Shown: positions 46,748-56,218 of the stretch, piece by piece | Layout of the letters: each line of letters starts with the position of its first letter | Position numbering within the stretch: position 1 is the stretch's first letter | From: Candidatus Latescibacterota bacterium | Lineage (GTDB): Bacteria; Latescibacterota; UBA2968; UBA8231 | Direction of reading: 5' to 3' | Assembly (NCBI GenBank): GCA_965200315.1 | Contig: OZ241362.1 | Coordinates: forward strand, 3,648,001-3,712,000 | DNA: 64,000 nt | The notes under the pieces: generated by a model | What the model saw: the letters and a program-made list of their open reading frames with translations, nothing else | Told to the model about the DNA's origin: nothing | Database searches by the model: none | Position numbers and translations under genes: made by a program

Positions 46748-48223
46748 TCACGCCCGCCACAAGTCGAGCTGCGGCCGGTCGGCGATTTGCATTAGCGACC
46801 CATCCGCCGCAAAAGGCATCCGCCCGCCAATGCAGTAGGTACACAAGTCCTGCTCGCGCAGACCGGCGCGGGCAAAAGCTTTGTGCATGCCCTCCCGCGA
46901 CAAGTACACCACCGGCATCTCTATAAGCTCGGCGAGCTCCTCCGGCGTGCGACCGCGCGCGATAAACTCCTCGCCCGACGGCGGATTCGGCGGCATATCC
47001 ACCCCAAAGACGCATCCCCTCGGCACGCCATCATCGCCAACGATGCCAATCGGCGGCGTGTAACTGACCAAATAGGCCCGTTTGACCCCGGCCTCCTTGT
47101 ACAGCAAGTCGCGGGTGCGCTTGGAGTTGTTGCCGCGCACAATGCTGTCGTCAATAAGGATCACGGTTTTGCCCTTGAGCTTTTGCGTCATGCCCGGCAA
47201 AAGATGCAGATTCTGGCCGATGGACGCCCTGCGCTCTTCTGCGGTAGAACCCTGAAATGAGCGCTCGCCGCGCATCTTGTACAACACTCGTTCAAAGGGC
47301 AACCCCGCCTGCTTGGCGTACGCACGTGCCGCCACTTCTGGACAGCGCGGCAGGTACGTCACCAAATCGGCATCGGCCGGGCAAAATTCCTCGCTCAGCA
47401 CTTCCCCGAGGGACTCGCGGATGCGGCGTACGCTAACGCCGTTGATGATCGAGTCGAGGTCGGTGATGTAGTTCCACTCAAAGAAGCAATAGGCCAAATC
47501 CGGCTCGACGATGATGTCCTTGCTGTAGTCGCCTTCGGGCGTGAGATAGTAAATCGCCCCGGGCTCCATATCCTCGACGTATTCGCCGCCGTTTTTGCGA
47601 AACGCGATGTCCTCGGAGGCGATCCCGTACTTGCCGTCCTTCCACCCTAAGACGCCGGGCTTGATGCCCGTGTGGTCGCGCATGGCGATCACGGTGCGCT
47701 CGCGCTTGTCGGCGATGGCAATGGTGTAGGCCCCGGGGACCTCCTTGAGGAAATTGTGTCGGCCTTGTGCGCGGTATAGGTGCAGCAGGCCCACGGTGTC
47801 GCAGTTCAAATGCAGAGGAAGAGGAATCGCGTCTTGAAAGAAGACCGGATCGACTTGGCCATTGTGGACCGCCGCTATATCGCAGTCCCAGACCAAGATG
47901 TGATTCTCGCGGTTTTCGACCGTGCCTCCGAGAACGTGCGGGTGAGCCTCCTCGAGAATTTTGTCCTTGGAGCCGCGGGTGGCATAGCGCACATGGGCCA
48001 TGTACGTGTGGTAGTTGGGGCTGTGAAAAATTTTGTGCAAATCGGTTACGTCGAAGCGCGAGACCCCTCCCTTCCACTTGATCACGTCGATGCGGCCATC
48101 GCCTACTGCGGCGATGCCGGCGGCCTCTCGCCCTCGATGTTGCAGCGAGTGGATGAAGCGATAGGCGTCGTGCAAGGTGTGGGCTACGGTCAAACCGCAG
48201 TTGTGGCGAACGACTTCGGCCAT
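46748..48223 (-). CDS. purF: Amidophosphoribosyltransferase
   Basis: Ntn N-terminus HNCG, LQHRGREAAG, HVRYATRG, VHNGQ, CFFEWNY, PRT motif ILIDDSIVRGN, C.FGVDM, CTYCIGG. Confidence 0.88.
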   Translation of the reverse strand: MAEVVRHNCGLTVAHTLHDAYRFIHSLQHRGREAAGIAAVGDGRIDVIKWKGGVSRFDVTDLHKIFHSPNYHTYMAHVRYATRGSKDKILEEAHPHVLGGTVENRENHILVWDCDIAAVHNGQVDPVFFQDAIPLPLHLNCDTVGLLHLYRAQGRHNFLKEVPGAYTIAIADKRERTVIAMRDHTGIKPGVLGWKDGKYGIASEDIAFRKNGGEYVEDMEPGAIYYLTPEGDYSKDIIVEPDLAYCFFEWNYITDLDSIINGVSVRRIRESLGEVLSEEFCPADADLVTYLPRCPEVAARAYAKQAGLPFERVLYKMRGERSFQGSTAEERRASIGQNLHLLPGMTQKLKGKTVILIDDSIVRGNNSKRTRDLLYKEAGVKRAYLVSYTPPIGIVGDDGVPRGCVFGVDMPPNPPSGEEFIARGRTPEELAELIEMPVVYLSREGMHKAFARAGLREQDLCTYCIGGRMPFAADGSLMQIADRPQLDLWRA

Positions 48224-48303
48224 AGACGTATCTCACGGAAAAACGTAAAGGGAATGCAACGGAAAAAGTACGGGCGACCGCGCCACACGGCAAGGCCGCG
48301 ACA

Positions 48304-49674
48304 CTACATCGCCAGAATCAGCTCTTGTGCCAACAGCAACTCAACCGTCTGGGCAAACGCCGTGGTCGCCTCTTCGACATCTTGAGCCGTGTGCGCCGAC
48401 GAGAGTACGCCGCCGGTGGAGCTCATGTTATCGACCCCATAAAAGCGCAGACTGCGCTGGTACTCTTCGAGCAGCTTCCCCGGCATCCCCTTGAGCCGCT
48501 CGGCCTCGGTCGTGTGCAAGCCCGCCCGGCCGTGGGCCTTTTGTACGCGCTGGGGATCGGTTTCAAAATAGACGTGGAAGGTCGAACACACCCCGTACAC
48601 GTATCCAGCGATACCTCGGCACTCCAGTACTTCGTCCCAAGCGGTGCGCAGCTCAGCGGCGCGGGCATTGGCTTGGTCTATCGGCTCGCCCGTGGCTATG
48701 CGCTCGAGCACGGAGATCCCGGCCGCGGCCGAAAGCGGTGCCCCGTTAAAAGTCCCTTGGTGCGCCACGCGCGGGCGGGCATCGTCCGTCACGTCGAAGA
48801 GCTCCATAATGTCCGCCCGTCCCACCACAGCCCCGCCGGGCATGCCACCGGCGACCACCTTGGCAAAACAAGACAGGTCCGGCCGCAGCCCGTAGAGCAC
48901 TTGCGCACCGCCCGGACTGAAGCGGAAGCCGGTGACGACCTCGTCGAAAATCAGCACTACCCCGCGCTCTCTGGTCATCGTTTGCAGATCGCGCAAAAAC
49001 TCCGCTGCCAAAGGTACTCGGCCCCACGACCCTCCCGATGGCTCGATAATCGCCGCCGCAATATCGCCCTCTGCGTCGAGAACATCGGCTACGTGGTCCG
49101 CATCTCCCGCCGGTACGCAGACCACGTGCTCGCGCACCTGCGGCGGGATGCCCAACGAACCGTCCGCGTCAAAGGGCGGCTGCACGCCGCGCATCACGTC
49201 GTCGTGCCACCCGTGGAAGTGGCCGGCAAAGCGCAGTATTTTGCGGCGGCCGGTAAACGCCCGCGCCAAGCGCAGCGCCAGCAGGGTCGCCTCCGTCCCC
49301 GAATTGACCAAGCGCACGCGCTCGGCCGAAGGGACCAGTGCCTGTATGCGCTCGGCCCACTCGATGTGCAGTGGATGGTCGTTGCCAAAGTGCGTCCCGC
49401 ACCCCACCGCCTCGGCGATGGCTGCTACGACTTCGGCGGGCGCGTGCCCCAAAAGCAGAGCACCATTGCCGAGCAGGAAGTCGATGTACTCGTTGCCATC
49501 GACATCCCACTTGCGGCCGCCAGCCCCCCGCTCGATGTAGAGCGGCACTGGCGTTGCATAGCGCAGGTCGTGTCCCACCTTGCCGCCGAGCACCTTGCAG
49601 GCGCGGTCAAAGTACTCCTGAGACCGAGGGCGCGCCGCTTTGTAGGCCGCGTATATTTCGCTGTGCATCGCCAT
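48304..49674 (-). CDS. Class-III aminotransferase (glutamate-1-semialdehyde aminomutase-like)
   Basis: KWDVDGNEYIDF, VNSGTEAT, FAGHFHGWHD, LIFDEVVTGFR, CFAKVVAGGMPGGA, HQGTFNGAP. Confidence 0.9.
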   Translation of the reverse strand: MAMHSEIYAAYKAARPRSQEYFDRACKVLGGKVGHDLRYATPVPLYIERGAGGRKWDVDGNEYIDFLLGNGALLLGHAPAEVVAAIAEAVGCGTHFGNDHPLHIEWAERIQALVPSAERVRLVNSGTEATLLALRLARAFTGRRKILRFAGHFHGWHDDVMRGVQPPFDADGSLGIPPQVREHVVCVPAGDADHVADVLDAEGDIAAAIIEPSGGSWGRVPLAAEFLRDLQTMTRERGVVLIFDEVVTGFRFSPGGAQVLYGLRPDLSCFAKVVAGGMPGGAVVGRADIMELFDVTDDARPRVAHQGTFNGAPLSAAAGISVLERIATGEPIDQANARAAELRTAWDEVLECRGIAGYVYGVCSTFHVYFETDPQRVQKAHGRAGLHTTEAERLKGMPGKLLEEYQRSLRFYGVDNMSSTGGVLSSAHTAQDVEEATTAFAQTVELLLAQELILAM

Positions 49675-49685
49675 AGCCTTTCTAT

Positions 49686-50435
49686 CTACGACCGGCCGCC
49701 GCAGGCGGTAATTGTCTGTCCGGTGACAAAACTGGACTCTTCGGACAACAAAAAGCGCACCACCGACGCCATCTCGGCCGGATCGGCCATCCGTCCCAGC
49801 GGAGTGCTGGCGATGAGCTCGGCGACTTGGCCGGGGTTGGCCGAGCGCGCCAGCTCGGTATCCGTCAGCCCCGGCGCTAGGCAGTTGATCCGCACGTTGT
49901 GCTCGGCAAATGCTTGAGCGCATTGCCGGGTGAAGGCGATAACGGCTGCCTTCGTGGTGGCGTAGTGGATCATGTTCGGCTTGAGCAGCCAAGCGGCCAG
50001 CGAGGAGATATTGACGATCCGCCCAAAGCGGCGCGCGATCATCTCGTCCTTGACGGCCCAAGTAGTCAAAAACGGCCCGTGGACATTGACCGCAAACATC
50101 CTTTCCCACTCGGCAAAGCCGAACTCGCCGTGTTCTTGGGTATAGGCGATCCCGGCGTTGTTGACCAGCAATTCGACCGGCCCGAATGCCACGCGCACTT
50201 GAGCGACCATCCGCTCGACTTCTACCGGCTGCGACACGTCGGCTTGGACGGCCATGCCCTCGGTGCCGCACGCCTCGACCTCCGCCAAGCTCTCCTGCGC
50301 GGCCTCGGCGTTGTGTTGGTAGTTGATGGCGACCTTGGCTCCGTGTTCAGCCAGCATCTGGACGATGGCGCGGCCGATGCCGCGACTGCCGCCCGTTACC
50401 AAGGCGGTGCGCCCGGCAAAAATCGCGGTGGTCAT
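49686..50435 (-). CDS. SDR family oxidoreductase (FabG-like)
   Basis: VTGGSRGIG, LVNNAG, NISS, YATTK, PGLTDT, FVTGQTI. Confidence 0.93.
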   Translation of the reverse strand: MTTAIFAGRTALVTGGSRGIGRAIVQMLAEHGAKVAINYQHNAEAAQESLAEVEACGTEGMAVQADVSQPVEVERMVAQVRVAFGPVELLVNNAGIAYTQEHGEFGFAEWERMFAVNVHGPFLTTWAVKDEMIARRFGRIVNISSLAAWLLKPNMIHYATTKAAVIAFTRQCAQAFAEHNVRINCLAPGLTDTELARSANPGQVAELIASTPLGRMADPAEMASVVRFLLSEESSFVTGQTITACGGRS

Positions 50436-50478
50436 GTGTGTTGGCTTTCGTTGTTGGGAGAAATTTTGATGATAGCGC

Positions 50479-50511
50479 AAAAAGGGGCCGGGAGCAATCC
50501 CGACCCCTCTT
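50479..50511 (-). terminator. Probable rho-independent terminator upstream of the SDR gene
   Basis: Minus strand: aggggtcggga-ttgc-tcccggcccct-tttt. Confidence 0.6.
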
Positions 50512-50623
50512 CTCGAACTTAGGCTAGTCTGGTGCTTTGGTGCTCTCCGCGATTTTGGCGACGATCTCTTGAGTATCGTGCAATACGCTCAGCCGTTCCG
50601 CGATCTGCCCCTGTGCATGTATT

Positions 50624-50662
50624 AAAAAAAGCGGCCACACCCTTTATGGATGCAGCCGCTTT
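50624..50662 (-). terminator. Rho-independent terminator of glnB
   Basis: aaaaaaagcggc...gccgcttt. T7 tail on the minus strand, 22 nt past the glnB stop. Confidence 0.7.
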
Positions 50663-50684
50663 GGAAGAGCTTCTGTGGCCGGCT

Positions 50685-51023
50685 CTAAATAGCCGCGTCG
50701 CCGGTTTCGCCGGTGCGGATTCGCACTACCTCATCCACCGACAGCATGAAAATTTTGCCGTCGCCAATACGGCCCGTCCGCGCCGCCTCGCGCACTGCAC
50801 CCAAGCACTGCTCGGCAAGATCGTCCCGCACCACCACCTCGACCTTGAGTTTGGGAGTAAAATCGACGACATACTCGGCACCGCGATATATCTCCTTATG
50901 ACCTTTTTGGCGGCCAAAACCCTTGACTTCGCTAACCGTTATGCCTTGGACACCCAAGCCGCTCAACGCCTCCTTGATAGCGTCTAGCGCGTTGGGCCTC
51001 ACTACGCACATTAGCATTTTCAT
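50685..51023 (-). CDS. glnB: Nitrogen regulatory protein P-II (GlnB/GlnK)
   Basis: 112 aa, VSEVKGFGRQKGHKEIYRGAEY, RTGRIGDGKIF, RIRTGETGDAAI. Confidence 0.96.
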   Translation of the reverse strand: MKMLMCVVRPNALDAIKEALSGLGVQGITVSEVKGFGRQKGHKEIYRGAEYVVDFTPKLKVEVVVRDDLAEQCLGAVREAARTGRIGDGKIFMLSVDEVVRIRTGETGDAAI

Positions 51024-51168
51024 ATCGCCATCTCCTCGCGTGTTGATGCCTAAGAAAAGTAGGTCGCCGCGCTCTCTGGCGCAATGGTCGGAATCGCTTT
51101 AGACTTTCTTACTTTTTGATTATTAGCCGCCCCAAGCGGCGCACCTGTTTCTACGTGGTATAATTTTG

Positions 51169-53130
51169 ATGAATGGAGTTCAGGCCGGATGCCTGCTAGT
51201 GCTCGTGGCCCTAGTGGGATGCGGCCGAGAAAGTCAAGCGGCACCCCCAGCGGCCGAGGGCGATATCCCGCGCACCGCGTGGCCCGAAAGCTGGTTCCAC
51301 CCCCCGCGCACGGCCTCGGAAGTCGGCTTGACGACCTTCCATCAGTCGCCCATGCTCGACGAACTCGTGGCCACCGGCGAGTTGCCACCGGTGGAGGAGC
51401 GGCTCCCCGACGACCCGATTGTCGTCGAGCCAATCGACGGGATTGGGACCTATGGGGGCACCGCACGGCTGTTCCTCGCCGGCGAACAGCTCCTCAACGT
51501 GCCCGAAGGAACCCTGCGCCCGGGCCCGCAACTCCAGCTAACCCTGCCCAACTTTGCCGAGCGGGTCGAGTACCACAACGACGCGCAGACCCTGACGGTG
51601 GCCCTCCGACCCGGGCACAAGTGGTCCGACGGCCACCAAGTGACGGCCGACGACTTTGTCTTTTGGTTCGATCGCGTCCAGATGAACAAAAGCCTCACCC
51701 CCGTGGTGTCGCCCCGCTTTAAGGGGGCCCACATAGAAAAGCACGGCCCCCACCTTTTTAGCTATCACTTTCCCCAGCCGATGCCGCTCTTTGTCAAGCA
51801 CCTCGCCCACAACAGCTCGCATCTGTCGGCACCAGCGCACTTTATGCGCCGCTATCATCCCGATTTTACCGACGCGGAGCAGCTAGAGCGCGAAGCAGCC
51901 GAGCTCGGCCTGCAAGACTGGCGCACCTATTTTCAAGCCGTTGTCAGCACGCGCGACCTAATGGTCTTTCACAAGCCGGTACAGACCGCTTACGTGGTGG
52001 TCAGCAAGACTTCGACGCGCGTCCGCTATCGCCGCAACCCCTATTACCCCAAGGTAGACCCTGCTGGCAATCAACTGCCCTATATAGATTACCTCGAAGT
52101 CCAGCGGGTTGACAGCCCCGAGATCATGGCAGCTAAGGCCGCCACCGGGCAGGTCGATTTTGCCGGGCGGCAGTTTAAGACCGCTGACATCCCACTGTTT
52201 AAGCGCTTTGAGCAAGACAACGACTACGAGACGTACCTCTGGCCTCGTCCATACGGCTCGGACGTCACCTTCATGCTCAATATGACTCACCCGGACGAGC
52301 GGCTCAGGCAGATTTTTCAGGACGTGCGCTTTCGCCGCGCCCTCTCGCTGGCCATCAACCGCGCAGAGATCAACGACATCGCCTATTACGGGCAGGGGGT
52401 CCCACGCCAGTTGACGGTCGTATCTTCGAGCCGCTACTTTGAGCCTTCCTTTGCCGCGGCTTGGGCCGAGCACGATCCGCAACGCGCGCGCGCCTTGCTC
52501 GACGAGATGGGGCTGGTTGACCGCAACGGCGACGGCCGGCGCGAGCATCCCGATGGCCGCCCCCTCGAAATCACTCTGGAGTACACGATCGGGGAGACGC
52601 CAAAGCAAGTCACTGTGGACTTGGCAACCGCCCACTGGCGCGAAGTGGGGCTGCACATCAACCGCAAGCAAATAAGCGGCGCGCTGCAAGGCATTCGCAC
52701 TCGCGGCGGGGTCATGGACATGAGCATCTGGCACGCCGATCGCAACGCCGATATCCTCTTTCCCATCGAGCCTTTTTGGTATGTGCCCATGCACGTGGGG
52801 CAGGAGGTGACCCAGTGGCCGGAGTGGTCGCGGTGGTATCGGTCAGACGGAGCGCGCGGCTGGATGCCGCCCGACAAGGTCCGGGACCTAATCGCTTGGT
52901 GGGAGGTGCTCCGCCGCACATCAGACCTGCAAGAGCGCATCGCCATGGGCAAGAAAATTCTCCACAGCCAAGCCGAAAACCTGTGGGCGCTCGGCGTCAT
53001 CGGCCTAGGGCCACATCCCGTCATCGTTAACAACCGGCTGCGCAATGTCCCTCGTCAGGGCTATTGGGGGTGGGATTCGCGCTGGTCTTGGCCCTACTAT
53101 CCAGAGACTTGGTATTTGCAAAAAGACTGA
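51169..53130 (+). CDS. Peptide/oligosaccharide ABC transporter substrate-binding lipoprotein (SBP family 5)
   Basis: Lipobox LVGC, GELPPVEERLP.DP, LRPGHKWSDG..VTADD, VDPAGNQLPYID, FRRALSLAINR. Confidence 0.92.
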   Translation: MNGVQAGCLLVLVALVGCGRESQAAPPAAEGDIPRTAWPESWFHPPRTASEVGLTTFHQSPMLDELVATGELPPVEERLPDDPIVVEPIDGIGTYGGTARLFLAGEQLLNVPEGTLRPGPQLQLTLPNFAERVEYHNDAQTLTVALRPGHKWSDGHQVTADDFVFWFDRVQMNKSLTPVVSPRFKGAHIEKHGPHLFSYHFPQPMPLFVKHLAHNSSHLSAPAHFMRRYHPDFTDAEQLEREAAELGLQDWRTYFQAVVSTRDLMVFHKPVQTAYVVVSKTSTRVRYRRNPYYPKVDPAGNQLPYIDYLEVQRVDSPEIMAAKAATGQVDFAGRQFKTADIPLFKRFEQDNDYETYLWPRPYGSDVTFMLNMTHPDERLRQIFQDVRFRRALSLAINRAEINDIAYYGQGVPRQLTVVSSSRYFEPSFAAAWAEHDPQRARALLDEMGLVDRNGDGRREHPDGRPLEITLEYTIGETPKQVTVDLATAHWREVGLHINRKQISGALQGIRTRGGVMDMSIWHADRNADILFPIEPFWYVPMHVGQEVTQWPEWSRWYRSDGARGWMPPDKVRDLIAWWEVLRRTSDLQERIAMGKKILHSQAENLWALGVIGLGPHPVIVNNRLRNVPRQGYWGWDSRWSWPYYPETWYLQKD

Positions 53131-53133
53131 GCC

Positions 53134-54117
53134 ATGATCAACTACATCATCCGCCGCGTCCTGATTATGATCCCCACCCTGCTAGCCGTTTCGGTGCTGG
53201 TCTTCGTCGTCATCCAGTTGCCGCCCGGGGACATCATCACGTCGCGCCTGCAAGAGCTACAGGCCGAGGGCCAAGACATCTCCGAGGAACAGATCGCCGC
53301 TCTGCGCGCCCGCTACCACCTCGACGACCCGATGTTTATCCAATACTTCAAGTGGATGGGTGGCTTCCTCCAAGGCGACATGGGCTATTCAGTGATGTAC
53401 GGCCAGTCGGTCAACAACCTGATCTGGGAGCGGCTTGGCTACACCTTGCTGATCACCTCGACCGCGACCTTGTTGACTTGGCTGGTGGCCTTCCCGGTGG
53501 GCATCTACTCGGCCCTGCGCCAGTACTCGGTGCTCGACTACACGGCAACCCTCGCGGCCTTCGTCGGCTTGGCGACGCCCAACTTCCTGCTCGCGCTGGT
53601 TTTGATGTACCTCGGCTACGAGTGGTTTGGGATCGCCGTAGGCGGGTTGTTTTCCCCCGAGTACGCGAGTGCGCCGTGGAGCTTGGCCAAGCTCGGCGAT
53701 TTACTTGGGCATCTGTGGATCCCGGCCGTGGTCGTCGGCACGGCCGGCATGGCCGGGCTAATGAGGATTATGCGCGCCAATCTCCTCGACGAGCTGGGCA
53801 AGCCCTACGTAACCACGGCGCTGGCCAAGGGCCTTGGTCCGGTCCGCTTGGTGATTAAGTACCCGTTGCGCATTGCCATCAATCCCTTTATCAGCACGGT
53901 CGGCTGGATGCTGCCGCACCTGATCTCCGGCTCGGCCATCACCAGCGTGGTGTTGAGCTTGCCGACGACCGGCCCCCTGCTGCTCGACTCCCTCCGCAAT
54001 CAAGACATGTACTTGGCGGGCAGTTTCCTGCTCATGCTCAGCGTCCTGACGGTGATCGGCACCCTGCTGTCGGACATTCTCTTGGCCATTGCCGACCCGC
54101 GCATCCGCTATGAGTGA
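53134..54117 (+). CDS. ABC transporter permease (DppB/OppB-like)
   Basis: YIIRRVL, IQLPPGD, MRANLLDELGKPYVTTALAKG, SDILLAIADPRIRY. Confidence 0.93.
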   Translation: MINYIIRRVLIMIPTLLAVSVLVFVVIQLPPGDIITSRLQELQAEGQDISEEQIAALRARYHLDDPMFIQYFKWMGGFLQGDMGYSVMYGQSVNNLIWERLGYTLLITSTATLLTWLVAFPVGIYSALRQYSVLDYTATLAAFVGLATPNFLLALVLMYLGYEWFGIAVGGLFSPEYASAPWSLAKLGDLLGHLWIPAVVVGTAGMAGLMRIMRANLLDELGKPYVTTALAKGLGPVRLVIKYPLRIAINPFISTVGWMLPHLISGSAITSVVLSLPTTGPLLLDSLRNQDMYLAGSFLLMLSVLTVIGTLLSDILLAIADPRIRYE

Positions 54118-55216
54118 AGATCGCCCCACAACCCAACTAGCCGACGCCTCGCAGTGGCGGCTGATGTGGATGCGCTTCCGCCGCCATCGGTTGGCCTTAG
54201 CCGGCAGCGCAGTGCTGATTGCGCTCTACGGCCTCGCGGCCCTGTGCGAATTTGTCTCGCCCTACCAGCCCGACCAGCGCCACGCTCAATACGTCCTCTG
54301 TCCGCCGCAGGAGATCCGCTTTTTCGACGGCGAGGGGCGCTTTCACTGGCGTCCCTTTGTCCACGGCGTGCGGCAAGACACGGCCGCTGGCCCGTGGCAG
54401 CGCGAATATCTCGTCGATACCAAGACCGTGTATCCGATCCGCTTTTTCGCACGCGGCCCGGCCTACGAGTTTTGGGGGCTTTTCAACGCGGACTTGCACT
54501 TGTTCAGCGCGGGCAGCGGGCCGTTGTTCCTCTTTGGCACCGACGATCTGGGCCGCGATCTGTTCAGCCGAATTATACATGGGGCGCGCATCTCGCTCAC
54601 CATTGGGCTAATCGGCGTGGCCCTGACCTTCCTCATCGGCATTCTGCTGGGGGGATTGGCTGGTTATTACAGCGGTTGGGTCGATGTGGTGGTGCAGCGG
54701 ATGATCGAGGTCCTGATGGCCGTGCCGCAGTTACCGCTGTGGATGGCGTTGAGCGCGGCGCTGCCAGCGCACTGGCCGCCGCTGCATATTTACTTCGGCG
54801 TCACCATCATCCTCTCGCTGATGGGCTGGACTGGGTTGGCGCGGGTGGTGCGCGGCCGCTTTCTGTCGCTGCGCGACGAGGATTTCGTGGTCGCCGCTCG
54901 CCTGTCGGGCACCAGCGAGTTGAAAATCATTTTCAAACACCTGCTGCCGTCGTTCCTCAGCCACGTGATCACGTCGGCTACCCTAGCGGTGCCGGGCATG
55001 ATCCTCGGCGAGACCGCGCTGAGTTTTTTGGGGATCGGGCTGCGGGCACCCGTGGTTAGCTGGGGGGTGCTGCTGCAAAAGGCGCAGAATTTTCAGGCCG
55101 TGGCCATGGCACCGTGGCTCTTGCTGCCCGGGCTTTTCGTGGTCATCGCGGTCTTGGCCTTCAACGTGGTCGGCGATGGGATGCGCGACGCGGCCGATCC
55201 GTATGCGAGCCGGTGA
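54110..55216 (+). CDS. ABC transporter permease (DppC/OppC-like)
   Basis: FRRHRLA, FGTDDLGRDLFSR, EDFVVAARLSG, ETALSFLG.G, GDGMRDAADP. Confidence 0.93.
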   Translation: MSEDRPTTQLADASQWRLMWMRFRRHRLALAGSAVLIALYGLAALCEFVSPYQPDQRHAQYVLCPPQEIRFFDGEGRFHWRPFVHGVRQDTAAGPWQREYLVDTKTVYPIRFFARGPAYEFWGLFNADLHLFSAGSGPLFLFGTDDLGRDLFSRIIHGARISLTIGLIGVALTFLIGILLGGLAGYYSGWVDVVVQRMIEVLMAVPQLPLWMALSAALPAHWPPLHIYFGVTIILSLMGWTGLARVVRGRFLSLRDEDFVVAARLSGTSELKIIFKHLLPSFLSHVITSATLAVPGMILGETALSFLGIGLRAPVVSWGVLLQKAQNFQAVAMAPWLLLPGLFVVIAVLAFNVVGDGMRDAADPYASR

Positions 55217-55353
55217 CACGCTTTTGGGCCGCACAAAGTACTGTTTAACGGGAGCGGCGGCGTATGAAAAAACGCCGGGGTTTCTTTATATTCTGATGGT
55301 AGAATTTCACTTGGTATGTCCCTACGTTTGAACCCAATTCAGTTAGGTATGCC

Positions 55354-56117
55354 ATGTTTACTGTAAGCGATTTTCGAGATTTGGTCCAACTCTTAGACGA
55401 GCATCCTGATTGGCGAGAGGAGATGCGACGCTTGGTCTTGACGGACGAAGTGTTGTCGCTTCCCAGTGCAGTCCGTGAACTGGTTGAAGCGCAGCATCGG
55501 ACCGAGGCCCGCATGGATCAGCTAACCGAGCGCATGGATCAGCTAACCGAGCGCGTGGATCAGCTAACCGAGCGCATGGATCAGCTAACCGAGCGCGTGA
55601 ATCAGCTAAGCTAACCGAGCGCATGGATCAGCTAACCGAGCGCATGGATCAGCTAACCGAGGCCCTGACGAAGGTCTCCAGTGACGTCGATTGGCTCAAA
55701 GGCGACCAACTCGAGCGGAGATACCGGGAACGAGGACCGGCCTACTTCGCTCCTCTGATTCGTCATGCCCATGTACTGTCATCGGACGAATGGGTCTCCT
55801 TGGTCGAAGGTGCGCTGGATCAGGAACAAATCTCGGAGCAAGAAGCGGATGACCTTTTGCAAACAGATGCAATCGTGCGCGGCCGGCGGCGGGAAGATGG
55901 CGCAGAGGTTTATCTGGTGGTGGAAGTGTCTTGGGGGGTCGGTATTTCCGATGTCCAACGAGCCTCGGAGCGCGCCGCCATGCTGGCGAGAATCGGCAAA
56001 ACCACCCTTCCGGTAGTCGCGGGTTCTTGGGTGACCCCCGATGCACAAGAACCCGCTCGCATCATGGGGGTCTGGCAGGTTACCAATGGCCGGGTAACGG
56101 ACCCGAAAGCCGCTTGA
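55354..56117 (+). pseudogene. Heptad-repeat coiled-coil / PD-(D/E)XK-like protein split by a 5-nt duplication in its repeat
   Basis: ORFs 55354-55614 and 55623-56117 join if agcta (55609-13) is removed. Paralog of 658-1485. Confidence 0.82.
55510..55661 (+). repeat. 21-bp tandem repeat x7 (RMDQLTE)
   Basis: cgcatggatcagctaaccgag units. Unit 5 is 26 nt (agcta-agcta). Confidence 0.95.
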
Positions 56118-56218
56118 AGCCGGCACTACCGACGCAAGCTGGACGAGCGCGGGATCGGCCTCGCCGCGCTTTAGGCTGCCCGCAGTCTAGCCTAAACCGG
56201 ATCCTGTGAGCGATTACA

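Noticed and set aside
48304-49674. Calling the aminotransferase hemL
   Set aside because: Family motifs are present, but the context (SDR, purF) and divergence do not establish tetrapyrrole function.
48325-49917. 530-aa plus-strand ORF and similar long shadow ORFs (e.g. 21298-22488, 12289-13407, 6221-7243)
   Set aside because: Antisense or alternate-frame shadows of well-supported genes in high-GC DNA, with no recognisable motifs.
49675-50271. N-terminal extension of the 655-aa aminotransferase ORF as a fusion
   Set aside because: It overlaps the SDR gene in another frame. The real start is probably ATG 49674.
55510-55661. 21-bp repeats as a CRISPR array or iterons
   Set aside because: No spacers. 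They encode a coiled-coil heptad inside a gene.
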